A stretch of 55,608 nt of DNA. Source: a virus. Taxonomy: Duplodnaviria > Caudoviricetes. This document shows, piece by piece, positions 8,114-20,900 of the stretch. Below the pieces are notes generated by a model. That model saw nothing but the letters and a program-made list of their open reading frames with translations, did not search any database and was not told the origin of the DNA. The stretch lies in the IMG/VR virus record IMGVR_UViG_3300012920_000048, positions 1-55,608 of that record, one strand, 5' to 3'. The first letter of the stretch is position 1. The number at the start of each line of letters is the position of its first letter. Both the position numbers and the translations under genes were made by a program.

Positions 8114-9805
8114 ATGTTACAGAATTTTTTTAAAGTAGACTTTCCACAATGGGTATGGTGGATGGGTGTGATTGAATCTAGAGGAGATGTTGCACAAGCT
8201 GGTAGATATCAAGTAAGAATATTTGGTTATCATACAGATGATAAAGAAATTTTACCCACAAAAGATTTACCTTATGCAACTTGTTTACATTCTGTTACTA
8301 ATGCAAGTACTTCAGGTATTATGGAAACACCTGCTCTTGTTCCAGGTTCTACAGTTATAGGATTTTTTGCAGATGGACAAGAAGGACAAATGCCTGTTAT
8401 CATGGGATCAATAGCAGGTAAGGCAGCACCCGGAGGAGGTCCTGGCCAGGAAGATGCTTTTAATGATCCTAATAAAAAATATCCTAGAGGTATGTGGAGT
8501 GGCCCACCTGAAGGTTACGCAGGAGTAGGCGAACCAGATATATCTAAACTTGCAAGAGATGAAGATGCTGAAGGACATTATAGTCTTATTACAAAAAGAG
8601 CAGAAAGAGAAGTAGAAGTTAGAACAGCATCGGCGCCATCAATAGAAGAAGATGGTATATTAGATGACAAAGACGGTAAAGACTATGAGGGTGCAGAATG
8701 GGAAGAACCACATGCCAGGGCTCATGGTCCATATAAAACATTTGAAAAGAAAGAATTCGAGCCCAAGTATTGGGACGCATTAGCAGACTTAAAAGGTGGA
8801 GGTGATGGTTCTCCTAAAGAACCTGGAGAATATACATCATTATATCCTTACAATAATGTTAAGGAAACAGAAGCAGGATTTATAGAAGAGTTTGATAATA
8901 CAGGTAAAAAAGCCAGATATGCTTGGCATAGTCCAATGGGAAATTTTGTCGAACACCAAACAGATGGCACTAAAGTAGAAAAAATAAAAGGCGACGATTA
9001 TGAAATCGTTGTTAAGGATAAAAATGTTCTTATAAGAGGTTCTTGTAATGTAACGATAGCAGGAGACTGTAAAATGCTTGTACAAGGGGACAAGTATGAA
9101 GAAGTAGAAGGAGATTATTTCCTTACAATATTCGGAGATCGTATTACAAAAATTAATGGTAACGACAATAAGGTTGTTATTACAGATCAAAACTATTCTA
9201 TTGCAGGGAACAGAGTGTGTCGTGTTTCTTTAGATGACTCTTTAGAAGTTATAGGTAAACAGACACAGACCGTTGTTAAAACAAAAACAGAAACAATTAA
9301 TGATACAGTAACAGAAAACTTTAATAAAAGTCATAATACAACGGTGGCAAAAAATAGAGTGGAAACGGTTGTAGGTACAAGTAAGTTAGAAGTAGCAGAA
9401 AAAATATTTATTGCAGCTGCTGATACTTTAGAACTTCTTTCTGAAAAAGCAATGAAAATACAAACAAACTCAGAACAAGAAATTATTGTTGGTAAAACTC
9501 AAGACATTGAGGTGGGAACATTCCAAACAACAACGATGGGTAAAGAGGAAACAACAGATGAAGAAGGCAACACAGTACCTGCTGTAGAAGGAAAACAAAC
9601 TATTTCTGTTAAAGGTGGCGGTACACATAATATTACAGCAGAAGGACATAGTACAATTAATAACAATGTAACAATAACAGGTACAACGCACTCTGTAGGA
9701 GATGTTTCTACAGCGGCAGGCAATGCACCTACATTGGCTACACATAAACATAAAGAGATACCGGGTAGCGGCGATCCAGCAGATACAACGGTAGCAGACG
9801 CATAA
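8114..9805 (+). CDS. gp5: Central spike protein gp5 (OB-fold plus beta-helix, no recognisable lysozyme domain)
   Basis: WWMGVIESR...GRYQVRIFGYH...DLP, GFFADG..QMPVIMGS, YPYNNVKETEAG, 8-residue V/IxG(D/N) repeats, C-terminal THKH. Confidence 0.88.
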   Translation: MLQNFFKVDFPQWVWWMGVIESRGDVAQAGRYQVRIFGYHTDDKEILPTKDLPYATCLHSVTNASTSGIMETPALVPGSTVIGFFADGQEGQMPVIMGSIAGKAAPGGGPGQEDAFNDPNKKYPRGMWSGPPEGYAGVGEPDISKLARDEDAEGHYSLITKRAEREVEVRTASAPSIEEDGILDDKDGKDYEGAEWEEPHARAHGPYKTFEKKEFEPKYWDALADLKGGGDGSPKEPGEYTSLYPYNNVKETEAGFIEEFDNTGKKARYAWHSPMGNFVEHQTDGTKVEKIKGDDYEIVVKDKNVLIRGSCNVTIAGDCKMLVQGDKYEEVEGDYFLTIFGDRITKINGNDNKVVITDQNYSIAGNRVCRVSLDDSLEVIGKQTQTVVKTKTETINDTVTENFNKSHNTTVAKNRVETVVGTSKLEVAEKIFIAAADTLELLSEKAMKIQTNSEQEIIVGKTQDIEVGTFQTTTMGKEETTDEEGNTVPAVEGKQTISVKGGGTHNITAEGHSTINNNVTITGTTHSVGDVSTAAGNAPTLATHKHKEIPGSGDPADTTVADA

Positions 9806-9815
9806 GGAGGATAAG

Positions 9816-10421
9816 ATGAGTTGCGGTCCAAGTTCAGCAATGAGAGATTTAGCAGATCAAATAGATCAAGCAAATGATGCTTTGGATGCTGCTATTAACG
9901 ATTCACCATTAGGTAAATTACTCACATTAAAAGAAGAAGCAGAAGCTAAAGTAAATGCCATGATGGATAAATTGGAAGCTGCCATACCAGGAGCTATTGG
10001 AGGATTTGTAGATAAAGCATTTGACGAATTGCCCATGGGTGATCAAATGAAAGAAGTTGCAGGTTTGATAGCTTTAGGATATTTACAAAAAGATGTTGTG
10101 GAAAATAAGATAGATGTAATGAAAGCAAAGTATTCTAACTTAGATGTAGATATAGACAATGTAGCAGACTTGCTAAGAAGTGGTGCAGCAGATATAGATG
10201 ATTTGTGTAAACTGTTACCTAATGTTTCTACACAAGGTGTTAATTTAATTGTTAAAGGTATACCAACATCATTTCCTAATGTAGATCCTGTGGCTATGGT
10301 GAAAAAAGGAGATATACCTAAACTTCCTGATATAGGAAAAGTATTTTTAGATGTAGAGGTTGAAGCTAAAGATCAAGCTGATGATTTTTTAAGTTTAGAA
10401 CTGCCAAGATTCAATTTATAG
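9816..10421 (+). CDS. Hypothetical helical protein in the baseplate cluster
   Basis: Strong SD (AAGGAGG), 201-aa ORF, no motif recognised. Confidence 0.75.
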   Translation: MSCGPSSAMRDLADQIDQANDALDAAINDSPLGKLLTLKEEAEAKVNAMMDKLEAAIPGAIGGFVDKAFDELPMGDQMKEVAGLIALGYLQKDVVENKIDVMKAKYSNLDVDIDNVADLLRSGAADIDDLCKLLPNVSTQGVNLIVKGIPTSFPNVDPVAMVKKGDIPKLPDIGKVFLDVEVEAKDQADDFLSLELPRFNL

Positions 10422-10422
10422 T

Positions 10423-10430
10423 TATAAATA
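10423..10430 (+). promoter_or_regulatory. T4-type late promoter upstream of gp25
   Basis: TATAAATA, 5 nt before the ATG. Confidence 0.8.
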
Positions 10431-10435
10431 CTTAC

Positions 10436-10849
10436 ATGGCCTTACTAAGAAGAAAAGTTGCAAGAATATACAAGGACATTGATTTGTCTTTTGGTAGTAA
10501 TAGTATTACTGGCGATCTTAATAAAAAACTAGATGTCAGTGCTGTAAAACAGTCTTTAAAAAATTTAATATTAACAAAACCTTATGAAAGACCTTTTAAT
10601 CCTGCACTATCATCAGAACTAGCAGGATTGTTATTTGAGAATGCAGATGTTTTTACTGCCAATAGAATACGAAAAACAATAGAATTATTGATTAAAAATT
10701 ATGAGCCTAGATGTAAGTTACGTCTAGTAAATCCAATTGAAGTTGAGCCAGATTATGATAGAAACGCTATAAATGTAAAGATTCATTTTGAAGTTATTGC
10801 AATAAATGAGCCACAAGAATTAACAGTTAGACTAGAGAGATTACGATAA
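10436..10849 (+). CDS. gp25: Baseplate wedge protein gp25
   Basis: YKDIDLSF, AVKQSLKNLILT, ERPFNP, LLFE, NYEPR, LERLR. Confidence 0.92.
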   Translation: MALLRRKVARIYKDIDLSFGSNSITGDLNKKLDVSAVKQSLKNLILTKPYERPFNPALSSELAGLLFENADVFTANRIRKTIELLIKNYEPRCKLRLVNPIEVEPDYDRNAINVKIHFEVIAINEPQELTVRLERLR

Positions 10850-12753
10850 TGGCACAGATGAAAGTAAACGAATTAGACTTCAAAGGCATAAAAGAAAATT
10901 TAAAAGCCTATCTAAAGTCACAGACTGAATTTTCAGATTATAATTTTGAAGGTTCAGGTATGGCAGTATTAATTGATTTGTTGGCATACAATACACATTA
11001 TAACGGTATGTTAGCACACATGCTTGCCAATGAAAATTTTATTGATACAGCAATTAAAAGAGAGTCTGTAGTATCTATTGCAAAAGCATTAGGATACACA
11101 CCTAGATCTTATTTAAGCTCAGAAGCAAATGTAACTATAACGATTACACCTGATCCTTCATATACAGATACAAATCTTACTTTATCTAGAGACTCGGTAT
11201 TTACTTCTGTAGTAAATGGTTCATCATATAAGTTTTATCCTTCAGAAGATATTACAGTTGCAGCACAAGTTATAAATGGAGTTACTAAATTTATTTTCGA
11301 TGATGTAAAAATTAAAGAAGGTGTAAGGGTTACAAATCAATTTACAGTAACAGCAGCAGCACCACAAGGACCATATATTATTCCTAATGAAAATGTTGAC
11401 ACCAGCACAATAAGAGCAAGAGTACAAACATCATTACAAGATACATCTATTACAACATGGTCTAAAGTAGACACATTGTTAGATATTAAAAATGATTCTA
11501 GAGTTTATTGGTGTGAAGAAGGAATTGATGGTCTTTCCCAATTAAGATTTGGAGATGGTGTATTAGGTAAAAAATTAGATGTAGAAAATGTTGTAATTAT
11601 CGATTATTTAGCAGGCTCAGGAACTACACCTAACGGAGCAAAAACATTTAATACTCAATCTGTAGTTTCGGGTAGCGCAGAAGTAATTGAAGTTACAACT
11701 TCAAGTCCAGCATCTGGAGGCTCTATACAAGAAACAGTAGATGAGATTAGATTTAATGCTCCTCGTTACAACGCAACAAGAGATAGAGCAGTTACAGAGT
11801 CAGATTATAAAACATTAATATTACAAAGTAATCCTAACATACAATCTGTTTCTGTTTGGGGAGGCGAAAAGAACGATCCTCCTATGTACGGTAAAGTGTT
11901 TATATCTCTTAATCCTATTGCAGGACAGATTATAACAGAACAAGACAAGGATACAATTAAAAATACTATTATTGATCCTAAAACACCTGTAGCAATTATT
12001 CCTGAATTTGTCGATCCAGAATACACATACATACAACTTGAAATTTCTAGTGTTTTCAATCCTAAAGAGACATCTTTAACTAAAGGACAAATTGAAGCAG
12101 AAATTAAAACACAAGTTGACAATTATTTTAATCTTAGTTTGAATAAATTAAATAAGAGTTTTTATTACAGTAGAATACATGACAGAATTAATAATAGTCT
12201 TGAGTCTATTATTTCTACAAACATACAATTAGGATTACAGAAAAGAGTAAAACCAGATCTTAACTTGTCTAAAAATTATACAGTTAGATTTAATCAAAAA
12301 TTACAACCGAGAGAAGTTAGCAGTACATTCTTTAATATTAAAATTTCTAATGTAATACATAAGGCAATATTAAAAGATGTGCCTGCTACAGATGTTATAG
12401 CTCCCCTATATAGTGGAAAGGGTGTTATAAATGCTGTAACAGTAGAAGGAACAAACTTAGGACAAGTAGGAACAATCGATTACGATTCAGGAACATTAGA
12501 ATTACCTTCAATGGTAATTACAAGTTTATATGGAACAGAAGCTAATTTAAGAATAAATGTAAAACCTCATGATAGTGTTAAAGACATTACTACACAAGCA
12601 TTGATTAGAACATCAGATACTAGCACATCAGCAGTCGTTGCTAAACCCTCAAGAAACACAGTTCTAATACAAGATGATAGTGTTATAAATTCTACGATCA
12701 ACACTACATCAGGTGTTAAAATAACGGCAAATAAAGAAGTAGAAGAAGTATAA
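10849..12753 (+). CDS. gp6: Baseplate wedge protein gp6
   Basis: [59 protein letters not shown]. Confidence 0.95.
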   Translation: MAQMKVNELDFKGIKENLKAYLKSQTEFSDYNFEGSGMAVLIDLLAYNTHYNGMLAHMLANENFIDTAIKRESVVSIAKALGYTPRSYLSSEANVTITITPDPSYTDTNLTLSRDSVFTSVVNGSSYKFYPSEDITVAAQVINGVTKFIFDDVKIKEGVRVTNQFTVTAAAPQGPYIIPNENVDTSTIRARVQTSLQDTSITTWSKVDTLLDIKNDSRVYWCEEGIDGLSQLRFGDGVLGKKLDVENVVIIDYLAGSGTTPNGAKTFNTQSVVSGSAEVIEVTTSSPASGGSIQETVDEIRFNAPRYNATRDRAVTESDYKTLILQSNPNIQSVSVWGGEKNDPPMYGKVFISLNPIAGQIITEQDKDTIKNTIIDPKTPVAIIPEFVDPEYTYIQLEISSVFNPKETSLTKGQIEAEIKTQVDNYFNLSLNKLNKSFYYSRIHDRINNSLESIISTNIQLGLQKRVKPDLNLSKNYTVRFNQKLQPREVSSTFFNIKISNVIHKAILKDVPATDVIAPLYSGKGVINAVTVEGTNLGQVGTIDYDSGTLELPSMVITSLYGTEANLRINVKPHDSVKDITTQALIRTSDTSTSAVVAKPSRNTVLIQDDSVINSTINTTSGVKITANKEVEEV

Positions 12754-15700
12754 TGGCGGATTATATCCCATCATTCTATAGATATGTAAAATCTATAACA
12801 ATAACTAATGGAGGCTCAGGATATTTTTCTGGTTTGCCAACTGTTAGTATTACAGGTGGTGGAGGTACAGGCGCTACAGCAACAGCAACAGTAAATGGTG
12901 GTGTCGTAATAGACATTGTTATTACTAACAGAGGTTCGGGTTATACAAGTGCTCCTACAGTTACAATAACAGGAGGCGGTGGTACAGGAGCAACAGGTAC
13001 TGCAGTTTTAGATTCAGCACAAAGCGCCTCTACATTAGAACAAAGAAATAAAAATTACTTAATTAAAGAACAAGCTCCTGAGTATATTCAAACAGAAGCT
13101 CCTGTTTTTGTTACATTTTTAGAAAAATATTATGCGTTTATGGACGCAAATTATAAAGGTGTAAACAATTATGTATCAGATATAGATTATGCAAGTGAAC
13201 AATTTCTCGATAAATGGCGAGGGGCATTAGTATCAGATTTTCCTAAACTATTACAAGTAGATAAAAATTTCTTTTACAAAAGAGCGAAAGACTTTTACGA
13301 ATCAAAAGGTTCTAAAAGATCTATAGAAGCTTGGTTTAGAATATTATTTGATGAGAATGTTGATATTAATTATCCTTATCAATTTGTATTGAAACCTTCT
13401 GATGGTATCTACAATGTAGAAAGAGCAATTAAAATACAAGAAGCTGTACACGGCGGTGGCAGTCTTGAACCTCTAGATCTAGATGGTAAAAAGATTGATA
13501 TAAGATACAAGGAAACAACAGGTACGGTTACAGTTACAAAGCATACAAACGCTAGTGTAAGAAGAGTAGAAAAGAACACATACCAAACAAATGGTTTAAC
13601 ATTACAAAGATTTGAGCTTATTCTATCATTCGATGATGAGAATGTTACTACAATACATGGACCGGGAGCAGGTGCTACAGCAACAGCAACGGTAAGTGGC
13701 GGAGCAATTACAGGTGTTACAGTAACCAATGGAGGCTCAGGTTATACAGCAGCACCAACAGTTCAAGTATTTCCAGCAGCAGGAAATACAATTACCACAA
13801 ATGCAGTACTTTCTGCTCGTGTTAGCAATGGAGTAATTACATCTATTGTAGTAGACACAGCAGGCGCAGGATATGATGATGCACCAGGAATAGAATTTGA
13901 TGAAGAGTCTACTAGATCTTATGTTGTAGATGATGGTGCAGGTAACGCAGACGATGATATATATGGTTATCTTGTTAGAGTACTGACAAGCGTAGCATTT
14001 AAATCATATGCAGGCTCAGAAACTAACGCAGGATTTAAAGTAGGACAAATATACGCAATTAACGAAACAGGCGATGATGGTAAAGCGTATGCTGTTAGTG
14101 GCTATTTTGCTGAGGACTATACATTTATAGGTGGTTCTAATGATGCTTATATTAGAGTTACAGCAGTAACAACTGCAGGGCTACCTTCGGCGTTCACAGT
14201 AATTAATCCAGGTTCTACATTCTTAAATGATACAGCAGATATTTTACTTACATCTCCATCAGGAGAATCATGTACAGTTACATTAACAACAGGTTATCTA
14301 TTCGAATACGAAGGTAAATGGAAAAACGATCAGGGTAAATTGTCTGATGTTAATGTAATTGCAGATAACAAAAGATATCAACCATACTCTTATGTAGTCA
14401 AATCAGGCATATCACAATCTATATGGGACAGATCTCTAAGAGATACTGTACACCCAGCTGGTATGGAAGTATTTGGAGACTTAGTTATAAGAAGTGTGGT
14501 AGACTTTAATGTACTATACGAAGTTGAATCTACAGGTTATACATTCTATATATTTGATGCAGATGATGAAGTTATAACAGTAGAAACACAAGTATTTGAC
14601 TTTACATTACCCAAAACAGACTCCACAACAGTAACAGAAAATCATGGAATACATTTTGTTCCTGCTGGAAAAACAGAGTCTGTTTCAGCAACAGATCAAG
14701 GAGCTGGAGATCCTTATTGTGTAGATGGTTATTGGAATGATAGTACCGATGGTAATACAGCGGATAACTATAATATTGGAGACGAACAATTTGTTAAACA
14801 TGTTTCCAAACCATTTACAGAAACGCTTACAGCAACAGATAGTGTTACAGAAGATAGTATAGATATATCTTTTGTTAGAGCGTTTACAGAAACACAAAAT
14901 GCCACAGAGGCATTGGCAAAATCATTTAATAAAGTATTTGATGATGGATTTAATAATACATATTGGACGCCAGCTAATGGCGCAAGCTCTTATACTAATG
15001 ATTTAGACAATGCAGGTAACTACATGTACTATGTAGGTACAAGAATTGCAGGTGTAAATGTAACAGAGTCTATAAATGTAGAAAGAATATTAGGCGCACA
15101 ACCAACAGATACAATTTCTGTAACAGAAGTGGCCGTAATACAAGCAACATTTAATAGAGCTCTTTCAACTACATCAACTGCCACAGATACTGCATTTGTA
15201 GTAAACTTTAATACTACATTTACAGAATCATCAAGTGCTACAGAATCTAGTGCAAAAACTATTGCTAAAGTACTGGCTAATACAGCAACAGTAGGACAAG
15301 CAGTAATTAAATCATTGGGTGTAGCACCTTCGGATACAGCAACAACAAGTGATACTGACACATATCAATTAAATAAAGTCCAATCAGATACACCAACAGC
15401 AACAGAAAGTTTGGCTAGAGCATGGACAGTAAATAGAACACTTACAGATTCACCAAGTGTTGCAGATCCATTAATAAAATCCTTGTCTAGACCGGCAACG
15501 GATTCAGTCAGTGCAGCAGAATCTATTAGCACATTGTTGTCCAGAGAGGTAGTACTCTCAGATTCAACAAGTGTTACAGCATCTGAGGTACTACAAATTA
15601 ATAAAGCAGTTTCGGAAACAATTACTGTATCCGAGGCTATAAACAGTATAAATACAAGTAAAGGATTAACAGAAACACCGACAGGTACAGAATCCTTAGC

Positions 15701-15830
15701 AAATGCACTAAGTAAACCGGCAACGGATAGTGGAACTGCTACAGACACGGGTACAGGTAAGATGCAGGATTATGTAGATCCTACTTACTTAGACTCAGAC
15801 TATGTTGGTTCTAGTTGGAACTTTACATAA
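12753..15830 (+). CDS. gp7: Baseplate wedge initiator gp7-like with inserted modules and a Thr/Ser-rich repeat tail
   Basis: [54 protein letters not shown]. Confidence 0.78.
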   Translation: MADYIPSFYRYVKSITITNGGSGYFSGLPTVSITGGGGTGATATATVNGGVVIDIVITNRGSGYTSAPTVTITGGGGTGATGTAVLDSAQSASTLEQRNKNYLIKEQAPEYIQTEAPVFVTFLEKYYAFMDANYKGVNNYVSDIDYASEQFLDKWRGALVSDFPKLLQVDKNFFYKRAKDFYESKGSKRSIEAWFRILFDENVDINYPYQFVLKPSDGIYNVERAIKIQEAVHGGGSLEPLDLDGKKIDIRYKETTGTVTVTKHTNASVRRVEKNTYQTNGLTLQRFELILSFDDENVTTIHGPGAGATATATVSGGAITGVTVTNGGSGYTAAPTVQVFPAAGNTITTNAVLSARVSNGVITSIVVDTAGAGYDDAPGIEFDEESTRSYVVDDGAGNADDDIYGYLVRVLTSVAFKSYAGSETNAGFKVGQIYAINETGDDGKAYAVSGYFAEDYTFIGGSNDAYIRVTAVTTAGLPSAFTVINPGSTFLNDTADILLTSPSGESCTVTLTTGYLFEYEGKWKNDQGKLSDVNVIADNKRYQPYSYVVKSGISQSIWDRSLRDTVHPAGMEVFGDLVIRSVVDFNVLYEVESTGYTFYIFDADDEVITVETQVFDFTLPKTDSTTVTENHGIHFVPAGKTESVSATDQGAGDPYCVDGYWNDSTDGNTADNYNIGDEQFVKHVSKPFTETLTATDSVTEDSIDISFVRAFTETQNATEALAKSFNKVFDDGFNNTYWTPANGASSYTNDLDNAGNYMYYVGTRIAGVNVTESINVERILGAQPTDTISVTEVAVIQATFNRALSTTSTATDTAFVVNFNTTFTESSSATESSAKTIAKVLANTATVGQAVIKSLGVAPSDTATTSDTDTYQLNKVQSDTPTATESLARAWTVNRTLTDSPSVADPLIKSLSRPATDSVSAAESISTLLSREVVLSDSTSVTASEVLQINKAVSETITVSEAINSINTSKGLTETPTGTESLANALSKPATDSGTATDTGTGKMQDYVDPTYLDSDYVGSSWNFT

Positions 15831-15855
15831 CGGATAAACATATTAGGAGAATAAA

Positions 15856-16299
15856 ATGTTTAAAAATGATAACTCAAAAGCTACAGGTAAGCTTACAGTT
15901 GAAATCAAAAACGACAAGGGCGTCGTTGTAGAAACTAGGGAAGTAAAAAACCTAGTGGTAGACGACGGACTAGGCTTTATTGCATCTAGAATGAAAGATG
16001 CTACAGCAACAGCTATGTCTCATATGGCTATTGGAACAGGATCAACAGCAGCAGCTGCTAGTGATTCTGCTCTAGGTTCAGAGGCAGCTAGAAATGCACT
16101 AACTTCTACAACGGTAACATCTAATGCCGTTGCTTATGTTGCATCATTTGCAGCAGGCGAAGGAACAGGCGCTATCACAGAAGCAGGTATTTTGAATGCC
16201 GGTTCTAGTGGTACTCTTCTTTGTAGAACAGTCTTTTCGGTTGTAAACAAAGGCGCGTCAGATTCAATGACAATTACTTGGACAGTTACAATTTCTTAA
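15856..16299 (+). CDS. Small baseplate/fibre-anchor structural protein
   Basis: KNLVVDDG, HMAIGTGSTAAA, GAITEAGI, ITWTVTIS resemble fibre-attachment domains; AGGAG SD. Confidence 0.55.
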   Translation: MFKNDNSKATGKLTVEIKNDKGVVVETREVKNLVVDDGLGFIASRMKDATATAMSHMAIGTGSTAAAASDSALGSEAARNALTSTTVTSNAVAYVASFAAGEGTGAITEAGILNAGSSGTLLCRTVFSVVNKGASDSMTITWTVTIS

Positions 16300-16308
16300 G
16301 GTAAATAA

Positions 16309-17922
16309 ATGGCGCTAGTACTTAGAAGACTAGGTAGAGTAGAATTAGCAAGAACATTCCACAGGGATATTCGTAATAGCAACGACTACTTTCACTTTGC
16401 AATAGGGCGTACGGAGGCTTGGACAGATGATACAAGCCCCGAAACCCCTATTGACAATGACTCCTATGTTTCTAAGTTTAGACGCAGCATGATGTTTACC
16501 CAAAGAATTGACTCGGCAGATGTTTGCTTATTAGCCAAACGAAATGATTGGTCTTCAGGTACAGTATATGATGAGTATGATGATAATATTTCATCTACAA
16601 ATCAAACCAATTCTGGAGCTTCCAATCTTGCCGATGCAACCTTTTTTATAATGACTGATGAATTTAAAGTATATAAATGTATCAGTAATAATAATAACGG
16701 ACCAAGTACAGTCAAACCAACAAGTACAGGAACATCTGTATTCGAGTTGGGAGACAATTACAATTGGAAATTTATGTTTCAAATATCGGCATCCGATCAA
16801 AACAAATTTTTGGATGCCGATTTTGTTCCTGTTAGAAAATTAACAGGCAACCCTACACACGATGTTACCGGAGAAGTAGATAGTGTTACAATAACTGCAG
16901 GAGGATCTAGTTATACATCTGCTCCAACAGTAGTAATACAAGGAGACGGTGATGGGTTGGCAGCAGGAACAGCAACAATAGATACAAATCCAGCAAGTGG
17001 TACATACCAACAAGTTACAGGTGTTACAATAACAGCATCGGGCTCAGGTTATAGTTTTGCTTTTATAACATTTACAGGTGGAGGCGGTTCAGGAGCAACA
17101 GGCTCTGTTAATTTAGGAGACGCCGATTCTTTACCAGCATTACAAAGTGCTGTAGAAGGTGCAGCTGTAAGTGGTACATTAGACAGAGTTATTGTTACCT
17201 CAGCAGGACAAGACTACGCAGAAAGCGATGTTCAAGTTACTGTTGAAGGTGATGGTACAGGAGCAGAAGCAAGTGCTTATGTAAACGCAGCAACAGGAGC
17301 CATTACAAAAATAAGAGTAACAAATCCAGGCTCAGGTTATTCTTATGTAGATGTTAAAATTACAAACACAGCAGCGCCTGGAACAGGAGCTACAGCAAGA
17401 GGGATTGTTTCTCCACAAGGAGGGCATGGCTCTAATGCACCAAGAGAATTGTTTGCAACAAACTTAGGTGTAACTGTATCTCTTTCAGATAACGATAATA
17501 GAGATTTAATATTAGGAAATGACTTTAGACAAATTTCTCTAATAAAAAATATTAAAACACCAGCGGGTGTTGTTTATACAACTAACACAGCAACTGCATG
17601 TTTTATTATAAATGTATCATCATCAGCATTAAGTAGTTATGCTGTAGACGATAACATAACAACAGATGACGGAGGAACATTTACAGTCATACAAATAGAT
17701 TCAGAAAATAATAATGTATATTTAACTTCTACGAATCCTATAATGACAACTAACTCCGTTTTGACAAATACTACAAAAAACATTACCAATTTGGTTATAA
17801 ATAGTATAACAAATCCAGAAGTAGATAATGCTACAGGAGAAATTATTTACTTAGATAATAGATCACCGGTAACTAGATCCGTTGATCAGGTAGAACAGAT
17901 TAAGGCATTGATTAGGTTTTAA
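16309..17922 (+). CDS. gp8: Baseplate wedge protein gp8
   Basis: FAIGRTEAW, WSSGTVYDEY, VYKCISNN, YNWKFMF, PQGGHG, NDFRQISLIKN, GEIIYLDNRSP. Confidence 0.9.
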   Translation: MALVLRRLGRVELARTFHRDIRNSNDYFHFAIGRTEAWTDDTSPETPIDNDSYVSKFRRSMMFTQRIDSADVCLLAKRNDWSSGTVYDEYDDNISSTNQTNSGASNLADATFFIMTDEFKVYKCISNNNNGPSTVKPTSTGTSVFELGDNYNWKFMFQISASDQNKFLDADFVPVRKLTGNPTHDVTGEVDSVTITAGGSSYTSAPTVVIQGDGDGLAAGTATIDTNPASGTYQQVTGVTITASGSGYSFAFITFTGGGGSGATGSVNLGDADSLPALQSAVEGAAVSGTLDRVIVTSAGQDYAESDVQVTVEGDGTGAEASAYVNAATGAITKIRVTNPGSGYSYVDVKITNTAAPGTGATARGIVSPQGGHGSNAPRELFATNLGVTVSLSDNDNRDLILGNDFRQISLIKNIKTPAGVVYTTNTATACFIINVSSSALSSYAVDDNITTDDGGTFTVIQIDSENNNVYLTSTNPIMTTNSVLTNTTKNITNLVINSITNPEVDNATGEIIYLDNRSPVTRSVDQVEQIKALIRF

Positions 17923-17925
17923 CAA

Positions 17926-20900
17926 ATGGCACTAAATTTAAATACATCACCCTATTACGACGACTTTAGCGACGATAAAAGATTTCATCGCATCTTGTTT
18001 AAACCTGGTGTTCCAGTACAAGCTAGAGAGCTAACACAATTACAAACTATATTACAGGACCAAATGGAAAAAGGATTTGGTTTTGTTCTCCAAGAAGGAG
18101 CAGTAATTACAGGTTGCGCAGAATCACAAAGAACTATAGACTGGGTTAAAGTCAATGATACTGACGCATCTGCTACAACAATTAATAACACAGACTTAAC
18201 TAAGTATCTTAATAAGGTTGTTTTAGGTAGTGTTACAGGTTTAAAAGCAAAAATTACAAGTGTTGAAACAGGTTCTGTAGGTGAAGCACCTAATCTAAAA
18301 ACATTGTATGTAAAATATTTAAGTGAGACAGAAACACATACCTCATTTGAACCGTCAGAAACTTTAACAGTTATTACACTAAACGAAGAAACACAAGAAG
18401 CAAATGATGCAGGAACAAACCTAAACGGTGCTACTTTTGTTGTAAATAGTTTAGAAGACAATACAACACAAGCAGGCGGACCTGTAGGTACTACAACAGA
18501 TATTACATTAGAACCTGGTATTATACATGCCAGAGGTTCTTTTATAAAAACAGATAAAATTACAGCAAGGGTAGATAGATATAATACTAGGTTAGCAAAA
18601 CATGTAGGTTTTGTTATAACCGAAGCAGTAACACAAGCAGCTACAGATACAACACTATTAGATCCTGCACAAGGATCATTTAACTATAATGCTCCTGGAG
18701 CAGATAGACTTAAATATACAGTAGAGTTAAAATCTTTAGATGCTTCAGCAACTAAACCAGAAAATTTTTATTCATACGCACATTTTATTAATGGCGAAAT
18801 TCAAAGAGTACACCTCAAAGATAATCCTTTAGCAGGGTTGGGTGATATTCTAGCAAACAGAACATACGACGAGTCAGGCAATTATCTTGTTAGAGGTAAT
18901 TCAGTTACATTGAGAGAACATTTAAATGAAAATGACAACGGCGGTTTGTTTACATCAGGCAACAATGGCTCAAGAGCAGCTCTTGTAGTATCAGTTGATC
19001 CAGGTGTTTCTTATGTAGGTGGATTCAAAAGAGAGTTATTAAGTTCTAAAAGAATACCTATAATGAAACCAGGACACTTTATTACAAAAGAGTCTCAACC
19101 TATATCTACATCATATGGTAACTACATAGAAATAGAAGATGTTTCAGGTATCTGGGATGTCGACGGTGGCGCAGAAATTAAAATATATAACGCAGTACAA
19201 AACCAAAATGCCAGCCCACAAGGTAGTGAAATAGGTAAAGCAAAAGTTAGGCAATTAGTTTATTCTAGTGGCACAGCACCAACAGCAGTATATAGACTTT
19301 ATGTTTATGATGTTGAAATGATTAATGGTGAATTTAAAGATGCAAGAGGTATTAGATACTCTGCTACTAATGGAGGTATTGCAGATTTAGTTCTTAATAC
19401 ACCTAACGCAGCAGGCACAGCCAATCAACAACCAGGTATAAAAGAAAGTAAGGTAAATAAATTAGTTTACAGACTACCTTACAAACACATCAAAACACTA
19501 AAAGCAGAAACAGGTAGTACATATGATTACACATTCCAATATCAAAAGGAATTTGATGTAACACTAGATAGCACTAATGGTTCTGCTACACTTACGGTTT
19601 CAGGTTCTGAGACATTCCCTTATTCGGGTGTATTAACTGAAACACAAAAACAAGATTTTATTTGTATTGCCACAGCAGCGTTCAACCAAACTAGCGGACC
19701 TTCAGGCGGTACAATAGCAGCAGGAGAATATATAGATTTATCCTCAGGCTCTTCAACAGCAACAGTTACAGTAAACAGTGCTACATCTATTACAATAGAT
19801 ACAGGCGGTGCAATAACAAGTGGCTCTGGAAACATTAAAGTTTATGTTCCTGTACAAGTAGCAGACGGCACACCTGTTGCAAAAGCATTGCTACAAGACA
19901 GATATGTAAAAATAGATACAGGTACAAACTCTGCAGGAACAACTGGAGAATATAATATAGGTGTTTCAGATCTATATAAAGTACAGCAAATTACAGCAGG
20001 CACAAATTCAGATTATACTACTGGCCAAGTAGATGTAACAGCTCAATTTAGAGTAGTAGATGGACAATCTGATAACTACATAGGACATGCTAAAATTGTT
20101 AAAAAGAATAACAGTACTTTAGATTTAGCAACTAATAGATATATTGTTGTTAAATATTCATTCTTTGAACATACAGTATCAGGACCTTCATTTGCTTGTG
20201 TAGATAGTTATCCAGTAGATGATACATCAAGTCCAGCAGCGAATACAATTAGAACTGAAGATATTCCTGTTTTCCAATCTCAAAAATATGGAACATTTAG
20301 TTTAAGAGACGCAGTTGACTTCCGTCCTGTAATTACAGCAACTGCTACAAACACAAGTACATTAGGTAGCGCAACAGTCAATCCTGGTAATGAAAGAAAT
20401 ATTAGTAGACCAGGTTCTGGTTTAACAAACCCTAAACCAACAAAAACTTTTGCTACAGACTTGCAATATTATCAAGGTAAAAAATTAAGAGTAGTATTAG
20501 ACTTTGATGGCGAATATAGAATTATAGAAGGCACATACGGAGACGATCCTAAACTACCGGCTGAACCAGCAAGAACAATGACATTGGCTGAGGTAGATCT
20601 TAAACCTTATCCTTCACTTTCACCACAACTAGGTAGGCAAAAAGCCAAACCTGAATACACTAATGTTATTAAAAATGTATCTCAGAGAAGATACACAATG
20701 AAGAACATTGGTGCATTAGAACAAAGAATTAAAAACTTAGAATATTATTCTTCTCTTAACTTATTAGAGAATTATGCTAAAGACATGACTATTGTTACCG
20801 AAGGCGGTACAGATAGATTTAAGAATGGTATTCTAGTAGATCCGTTTACAGGACATAATGTTGGATCTGTATTAGATCCTCATTACAGAATTTCTATAGA

